Origin: Octopus sinensis
Lineage: Eukaryota
Assembly: GCF_006345805.1 (NCBI RefSeq)
Contig: NW_021825139.1
Location: 1 to 16,550, forward strand
DNA length: 16,550 nt
Direction of reading: 5' to 3'
A model generated the notes under the pieces. It searched no databases. It had not been told where the DNA came from and worked only from the letters and a program-made list of their open reading frames with translations. Shown one piece after another: positions 9,854-16,550 of this stretch (positions are counted from its first letter, which is position 1; every line of letters begins with the position of its first letter). Both the position numbers and the translations under genes were made by a program.

Positions 9854-10199
9854 AAAAAAATCAAGGTAGAGAATGCTAAAATAATTTTATAAAAAACATT
9901 TCAGTACCGGTTTCATTCATTGAGACTTTTTCAACTATAAGTATGGAAAACAATTAAATTTTGGAAAAATTAAAACAAAAGTTTTTTAAAAAGAATATTT
10001 GCATAGTATTCAAATACAAGGGCCATTTTCCTTGTTTGTGTCTGTCTCTGTCTCTCTTGTTTACTCTTGTAGGTTCGAGATCGTCAACAACGACCTCGAA
10101 ACCACAAGAGTAAACAAGAGAAAAAGTCTCCATGAGTGAAACCGGTACTGAAATGTTTTTATAAAATTGTTTTAGCATTTTCTACCCTGACTTTTTTCC
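9853..10199. mobile_element. MITE-like element with ~79-bp TIRs and an internal long hairpin
   Basis: 9853-9931 is inverted at 10121-10199 (about 7 differences). The internal hairpin 10053-10121 has perfect 18-bp outer arms. Confidence 0.8.
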
Positions 10200-10237
10200 A
10201 TATATATCAACTCGTGTGTTCCTTTTCAACCTTCTAC

Positions 10238-10284
<47 letters not shown>

Positions 10285-10552
10285 CAGCATTAGATATGTG
10301 TGTATCAGATATGTGAGTGTGTATGTATGCATGTATTTATGAAGACTTGAGTGTTTGTGTGTATATTGCTGGGCCATTCTTTTCTCGGCGCTGGAAATAA
10401 TAAACAAGAAGTCGAATTTGAACTGACAAACATGAATAACTGATTAGCACTGAAATGAACTGTGACTGGGCTGAACCGGATAAAACTGGCATTGTCTGGA
10501 GTAAACTCGACCACCGTCTAAACTAGTCAGTTCTGGAATGGTTTTTATTAAC

Positions 10553-10660
10553 ATCTAAGATGGATGCTAAAATGACGAACCATTTAGAGTAATTTAGTTT
10601 TTATATCTAAGATGGCTGCTAAGGTGTCGAAACATTTAGACTAATTCAGTTTCTATCTAA
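10553..10660. repeat. Diverged tandem duplication, period ~50-52 bp (two units plus the start of a third)
   Basis: atctaa restarts at 10553, 10605 and 10655. The units share atctaagatgg.tgctaa..tg.cgaa.catttaga.taatt.agttt. Confidence 0.8.
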
Positions 10661-10804
10661 AATCTTGACCAAAATCGTTGTTGTTGACCACTGAAAGGAC
10701 TAAGTAACCCAATTCTTATTTGATTCATTTAATTCCAGTATTTTGAGCTGTACATTTACAGAGAGGGATGGGTAAGGGAGAGAGAAAGAGAGAAAAGAAA
10801 CGGA

Positions 10805-11380
<576 letters not shown>

Positions 11381-11462
11381 GGCGTTTTTCTGTAGTGGTC
11401 GGCGACGATAATAGTTATACAGAACTATCAATTGTTTCCGCTATTTCCATATTAAATTGCTG

Positions 11463-11493
<31 letters not shown>

Positions 11494-11881
11494 GTGTAAG
11501 TATTTTGCGTGAATGTATGTTAGTGAGAGGGTGTCGTGGAGAGAGAGAGGGAGAGAAAGAGAGGTGGATGTATAAAAGAGATTAGTTAAATGTATGTGTT
11601 TAACGCCTTGTAAATGGCGGCTGTTTTTCTATAGACCTAATAACGTAAACAATGAGTTAGGATTTTAGCTTGTACTAAACCGATCGGTTGAGCCATTTTA
11701 TGGAATTGAAAAGAACATCTCGCCACTGTTGCACGTGTCCGAGAAATGCCTCAACAACAATGCGTTAAATTGTCGTGCACCGGTCACCCACCCCTTCAGT
11801 ATGTGCGTCGTAACAACAGATTCACACATTCATACATTCACACAAACCAACTGATTCATGCAAGCACAAACAATTGGAAAC

Positions 11882-11960
11882 TGTGGTGGTGGTGGTGGTG
11901 GTGGTGGTGGTGGTAGTGGTGGTGGTGGCGGTAGGGCTTTTGTGGTGGTGGTGGTGATAG
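11882..11960. repeat. (GGT)n trinucleotide repeat
   Basis: Directly visible. Confidence 0.9.
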
Positions 11961-12704
11961 GGCTTTTGTGGTGGTGGCGAGGGAAAGGAAGAAGAGTGGG
12001 AGGATATCTGAGAGCAAGTTGCGTGCGTGGTGTAGCACGGTGCAATGTGGCTTGGTGCGGTGCGGTGTGGAATGGCGTGGAAGGAGAGGCTACAACTAAC
12101 GACGATTTACATACCGTGCGTAATAAAATTCTCAAACAGTAGCGTTAATTCATAGGCAAGACAAACAGTGGAAAGACAAACAGACGGAAAAGCACTTTCG
12201 GTAACACATGAATCCATGACGCATGCGCCGAATATGAATGAATCGCTTCATTCAGCGTACATTTTGAAAGCAAGAATATAATTCTGGAAGATTCTATCCG
12301 GTGAAGAACGGACAATATATAGAGAGAAGAAGAAAAATTGGGTGTGTTCTTTATATACATATAGGGCTAGTTTGGGACTGAAAGACCTTGAACAAAGTTA
12401 ATAAGCGTTGGCGGGTCAGTAATGAAATAAAAGAAACGCGCTAATTTGAAAAATTTTCTCTCTTATTTCGCGCAATAATAAAACGAATCAATTTAAAGAA
12501 ATCAAATTGTCAAAAATCGATTATATATTTAAACGGATGCTATATAAATTGGTTTGATGTAATAACATCCTTTTCTTCTTTTTAACACAAACGGCGTTGC
12601 TATCTCTCGGATTGTATAAACACTTGCACACAAAACCGTCCGGGAATGCACAAACATGTAAACGAACACGCAGATGCACATTCGTAAATGTCCGCATGTG
12701 TGGC

Positions 12705-12720
12705 GGGCGGGCGGGCAGGG
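12705..12720 (+). promoter_or_regulatory. Canonical G-quadruplex motif overlapping two GC boxes
   Basis: GGG-C-GGG-C-GGG-CA-GGG (loops 1, 1, 2), with GGGCGG at 12705-12710 and 12709-12714. A regulatory role is inferred only. Confidence 0.45.
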
Positions 12721-12814
12721 TGTGTTCCGTGTGTGTAATCGTCAACATTTCCTTGTCGAAAGTATTTTCCAAGTTTTCTCTAAACACTGATGCCTTTTAT
12801 TAGTAAGATTGTGT

Positions 12815-12872
12815 GTGGTGTGTGTGCGCGCGCCGCGCGCGTGTGTGTGTGTGTGTGTTGTGTGTGTGTGTG
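12815..12872. repeat. Alternating purine-pyrimidine tract (TG)n(GC)n(TG)n, Z-DNA prone
   Basis: Directly visible, with a few interruptions. Confidence 0.85.
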
Positions 12873-13012
12873 AGCGTGATTCGAAAAGGGAGCAAACAAG
12901 TGAATTCGAGAAACTTCAGAAATATTTTAATGTTCCTCTCGCCATTTCCTATCACACTCTAAAAGCCGTGTAGGCGTTGCGTTTAGTCGATATTTTCTCA
13001 CGCTTCTGACAG

Positions 13013-13148
13013 TGAAAGCCACAAAATCTGTCCAAAGAATACCAAACTCACTCATCCCTCCTTCTCACCGTCCATTCCACTTCCAAGTGTGGTATATCAA
13101 ATACTGTGGTAACACCTGTACCCGAATGATTTCACAAAATTGTCAGAG
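13013..13148 (+). other. Weak exon candidate (possibly non-coding or 5' UTR)
   Basis: Pyrimidine tract plus CAG at 12992-13012 and a strong donor-like AG|GTAAGA at 13149. One frame is open (KATKSVQRIPNSL...) but I do not recognise the peptide. Confidence 0.2.
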
Positions 13149-13187
13149 GTAAGAATACCTGTCTGTGCCGTACTCACGTCGCCAATT

Positions 13188-13217
13188 TACGAGGCGCTAT
13201 CAAAAAGTTCCCAGACT
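13188..13217 (+). mobile_element. Solo mariner-like TIR remnant
   Basis: TA-CGAGGCGCTATCAAAAAGTTCCCAGACT resembles mariner termini (TA-CGAGG...TCAAAAAGTT) from memory. No partner TIR or transposase was found. Confidence 0.35.
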
Positions 13218-13335
13218 CGTTATGCTTAATAAAAGATACCTTACCTAAGTTTTACCAGTCAAGTACTAGCATCGATATGGTCTACTATGCTCCCTCCCAC
13301 TAAAATTACTGGTTTTGTACCATAATTTGAAGTCA

Positions 13336-13559
13336 AAGGTGGTGAGCTGACACGCATCGTTTTGCACGATGAATAATAAATGCTTAGCGGCAATTTTCTA
13401 GTTCTTTTACGTTCTGAGTTCAAATAACACCGAGGTCAACTTTGCTTTCCGTTATTTTGGGGCCGATAAAATAAAGTACCATTTACTTGCTGCAGTTGAT
13501 GTAATTCTCCGTCCTTTCTCTCTCTCTAAAATTGCCTTCCTGTGCCTAAATTCGAAACC
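13336..13559 (+). mobile_element. SINE family A copy
   Basis: ggtggtgagctgac...aaatgcttagcggc...ttctgagttcaaat...ccgaggtcaactttgctttc...gccgataaaataaagtacc...tgtgcctaaattcgaaacc, collinear with 7396-7610. Confidence 0.85.
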
Positions 13560-13705
13560 GTTACTTTATTTCTTCATTACCAAACATGTTTACCGTTTTT
13601 GTTAGTGTAGAAGACGCACTGTTTTTTGTCTTTTAGCTTCCTTGATGTAGCAATAGATTTCCATTCGTCTACCGCGATTGTATTACGTATGAGATACTAA
13701 CTGTA

Positions 13706-14098
13706 TGGTGGAGGCGCAATGGCCCAGTGGTTAGGGCAGCGAACTCGCGGTCGCAGGATCGCGGTTTCGATTCCCAGACCGGGCATTGTGAGTGTTTATT
13801 GAGCGAAAACACCTAAAAGCTCCACGAGCCTCCGGCAGGGATTGGTGGTGAACCCTGCTGTACTCTTTCACCACAACTTTCTCTCACTTTTACTTCCTGT
13901 TTCTGTTGTACCTGTATTTCAAAGGGCCGGCCTTGTCACTCTCTGTGTTACGCTGAATATCCCCGAGAACTACGTTAAGGGTACACGTGTCTGTGGAGTG
14001 CTCAGCCACTTACACGTTAATTTCACGAGCAGGCTGTTCCGTTGATTCGGATCAACCGGAACCCTCGTCGTCGTAACCGACGGAGTGCTTCCATCCAT
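13706..14098 (+). mobile_element. tRNA-derived SINE family C, apparently full length
   Basis: A-box TGGCCCAGTGG (13720-13730) and B-box GGTTTCGATTCC (13763-13774). 3' hairpins gttgat-tcgg-atcaac (14041-14056) and tcgtcg...cgacgg, then a short tccatccat tail. Single copy in the window. Confidence 0.75.
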
Positions 14099-14774
14099 AT
14101 AAACAAAAACTATTGTAATATCATTATTTCAGAGTGACGTCACTCAGTTCTCCCTCTTTGTGTTGTTTTCCTGTGATGTACCAAATCATAATTGTAAAGT
14201 TACGAATGTCCATCAATGGATACACTATACAATTAAGACAGCGGTGGCATGAATATGAATTTTATACATATGCACTCGCATACAAATACATGAACAAACA
14301 CACACACACACACGCACACGCACACACACACACCACACCACATACACATATTCGCTCGCAAAAGAATTGTCGTGTCGTGCAATGAATAACTGGACAATAG
14401 CATTGTATGTAAATATTAAATATTGTCCCCGCTTAACTGAAAATAAATTCCTGTAAATAAGCCTCTAAATATTTGCTCTGTGACTTTTTACAGCCTAATA
14501 GCAGATTCCTCTGACTTTTCTCTTTGGACAATACAATCTTACGTCGCCATAATGTTCACTATAGCGAAGAATTATTGTAATTTTGTTTTTATGTCTGCAA
14601 GTTACGTCCGCTGCAGAATCTCGCCATTTTGCTTTTTGCATTTCATTAATATTTTTATTGACAAATTGGCGATTCAAATAATTTCTTTTCTCTAATCTCT
14701 GCCACCCTTATTATTTGTCTTACATATTTTGTATATTATTGAATCAACGTCATTATTTCTACATTCCGATAATC

Positions 14775-14837
14775 CTCTCCGTTTCTCCTTCTTCGATCTC
14801 TCTCTTTCTCTGTCTCTCTCTTTCTCTGTCTCTCTCT

Positions 14838-14875
<38 letters not shown>

Positions 14876-15200
14876 CTCTTCTATCCCTACCGTTTCCTCT
14901 CGCTTTCTACCTCTCCCTCTCTGTGTCTATCTTCATTCTCTCTCTCCCCCTCTCTCACCCCTCACTCTTTCCTTATTTCCCTCTCTCTCTCATTCACCAC
15001 CTCTCACTCTCTCTCTCCGTCCCACTCCCTCCTTCGTTCTCCCTCTTTTTCCATTTCTTTCTTTCTCTGTCTTCCTCTCTTTCTGTCTTTTCCTTTTAGC
15101 TTTCTCTTTCTTTTCCTTCAACTTTCTACCGCTCTTGCTTCCGCTCTCGTTTATATTTTTCCTTTCCCTTATTCTGTATTTTTTAAATTTTACTTCTCTT
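14775..15200. repeat. ~425-bp polypyrimidine (CT-rich) low-complexity tract
   Basis: Directly visible. It explains ORFs 14715-15218, 14729-15274 and 14990-15214. Confidence 0.9.
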
Positions 15201-15374
15201 TCGTCTTCCCCCATCTAAATACACACCTGATCAAAACTGATATTTACGCATCATCACTAATGTATGCCTTTTAAACATCTTTTTTTTTCCAATTCACAAG
15301 CTAAAAACTCGGAGTAACGACTTGTGTTCAGTTCCAACTTTCAAAGTAACTATCACACACACACACACAACACA

Positions 15375-15787
15375 TACTCTTTACTCTTTTCTCTTTTACT
15401 TGTTTCAGTCATTTGACTGCGGCCATGCTGGAGCACCGCCTTTAGTCGAGCAACTCGACCCCGGGACTTATTCTTTTTGTAAGCCCAGTACTTATTCTAT
15501 CGGTCTCTTTTTGCCGAACCGCTAAGTGACGGGGACGTAAACACACCAGCATCGGTTGTCAAGCAATGCTAGGGGAACAAACACAGACACACAAACACAC
15601 ACACATACATATATATATATACATATATACGACAGGCTTCTTTCAATTTCCGTCTACCAAATCCACTCACAAGGCATTGGTCGGCCCGGGGCTATAGCAG
15701 AAGACACTTGCCCAAGATGCCACGCAGTGGGATTGAACCCGGAACCATGTGGTTGGTTAGCAAGCTACTTACCACACAGCCACTCCT
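15375..15787 (-). mobile_element. SINE family B, second copy
   Basis: Collinear with and highly similar to 2352-2784 over its whole length, including the internal microsatellite position. Confidence 0.92.
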
Positions 15788-16335
15788 ATTTATATAATTT
15801 TTCAGGATCCAATAGAATCAGATATTTAGATAGTAAAAGCGCCAAGATAGAGTCGGGGAAAGCGCACCAGTGCACTAACGGCGTGTGCTGGCATAGATGT
15901 ACTTATTAAAGTAAATACGGATTTGTCGTGCCATTTATGCAGACATTTACAGGTATCTGACCGAATACACGTCTATTCAAAGTCACACAGGGCTACACTC
16001 ACGGCACGTATTCCACAGTCGACTATAGGCTCCAGATCCAAACGAGTGGAAAGTTCCGCGTTAGGTAAAGAATAAACAATAACACAGTGGGTTGAGGTTC
16101 GTTACAATTGCTTCAGGCGTTTTTAATTGATGAACAAAAGCGTTACATGATGTAAAAAAGAAAAAAAACGTTTTCTTCAGGAGAATAAAGAGTAAAACTT
16201 AACACTTAGAATTTAACACATTCACCGGTAAAATTTCCATTCATTTACTAATTTACTTTCTAACATTTTCTTTGCATCTTGTAACCTTTTCAATAGTTGT
16301 TGACTCTATCCGTTATTCGCGTTCATTTTGTTTGT

Positions 16336-16550
16336 TTGTGTGCATGTGTGTGGGTGAGTGTGTGTGCGCAACCTCTCTGTCCGGCATTCGCCATGATAGA
16401 TCACTAGCCACTAAACCTTTTCTATTTTCTCATTCTATTTTCCATTTTCTCTCCCTGTTTATTTCTGTGTTCCATTCTGTCGAAAAGCGTAGGCTCGAAA
16501 CGTAAAAGACTTTCTCACTTCCCGAGCGTTAAACTAATACATCTGTTTGT
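16336..16550 (+). mobile_element. Probable Penelope-like element terminal fragment (runs off the window)
   Basis: (TG)n, then a pyrimidine-rich stretch, then a hammerhead-like motif at 16473-16508. No coding sequence is visible, so the class is inferred. Confidence 0.4.
16473..16508 (+). ncRNA. Degenerate or variant minimal hammerhead-like motif
   Basis: catt-CTGTCGA-a-aagc-gtag-gctc-GAAA-cgt-a-aaag. Stem II has 3 of 4 pairs, stem III is the loopless palindrome ACGT, and stem I has 3 of 4 pairs. The core has U at the normally invariant A6. Confidence 0.35.

Noticed and set aside
11858-12142. Gly-rich 94-aa ORF
   Set aside because: Driven by the (GGT)n repeat, with no recognisable domain or splice support.
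13711-13780. tRNA gene
   Set aside because: A and B boxes are present but no complete cloverleaf, and the sequence continues into a SINE body. The same applies to the other SINE heads.
15856-15886. Hairpin ccagtgcac-taacggc-gtgtgctgg as a Helitron 3' end
   Set aside because: It depends on two G-T pairs, is followed by CATAG rather than a clear CTRR terminus, and has no matching 5' end.

Overview
Repeat-saturated, AT-rich eukaryotic non-coding DNA. The SINE families and microsatellite load look like octopus (cephalopod) genomic DNA; this is recognition from memory, not a database result. I see no intact protein-coding gene. The long ORFs in the track are microsatellite translations. Reading across stops and frameshifts shows two decayed non-LTR retrotransposons with a restriction-like endonuclease (R4/Dong-like): one spans ~1215-2950 and is split by a SINE, and the other gives fragments at ~3457-3570 and ~5269-5640. 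The window also holds about nine tRNA-derived SINE copies from three or four families, four long inverted-repeat (MITE-like or foldback) elements between 4.5 and 10.2 kb, a Lep1/HINE-like rolling-circle element, and many microsatellites. A largely unique CpG-containing stretch at ~11.6-13.2 kb has promoter-like marks. The most unusual signals are two minimal type I hammerhead-ribozyme-like motifs (3748-3791 minus, 16473-16508 plus) with palindromic stem III, the architecture known from Penelope-like elements and retrozymes. I cannot support a new biological system here; the hammerhead candidates are the best lead. Coordinates were counted by hand and boundaries are approximate.
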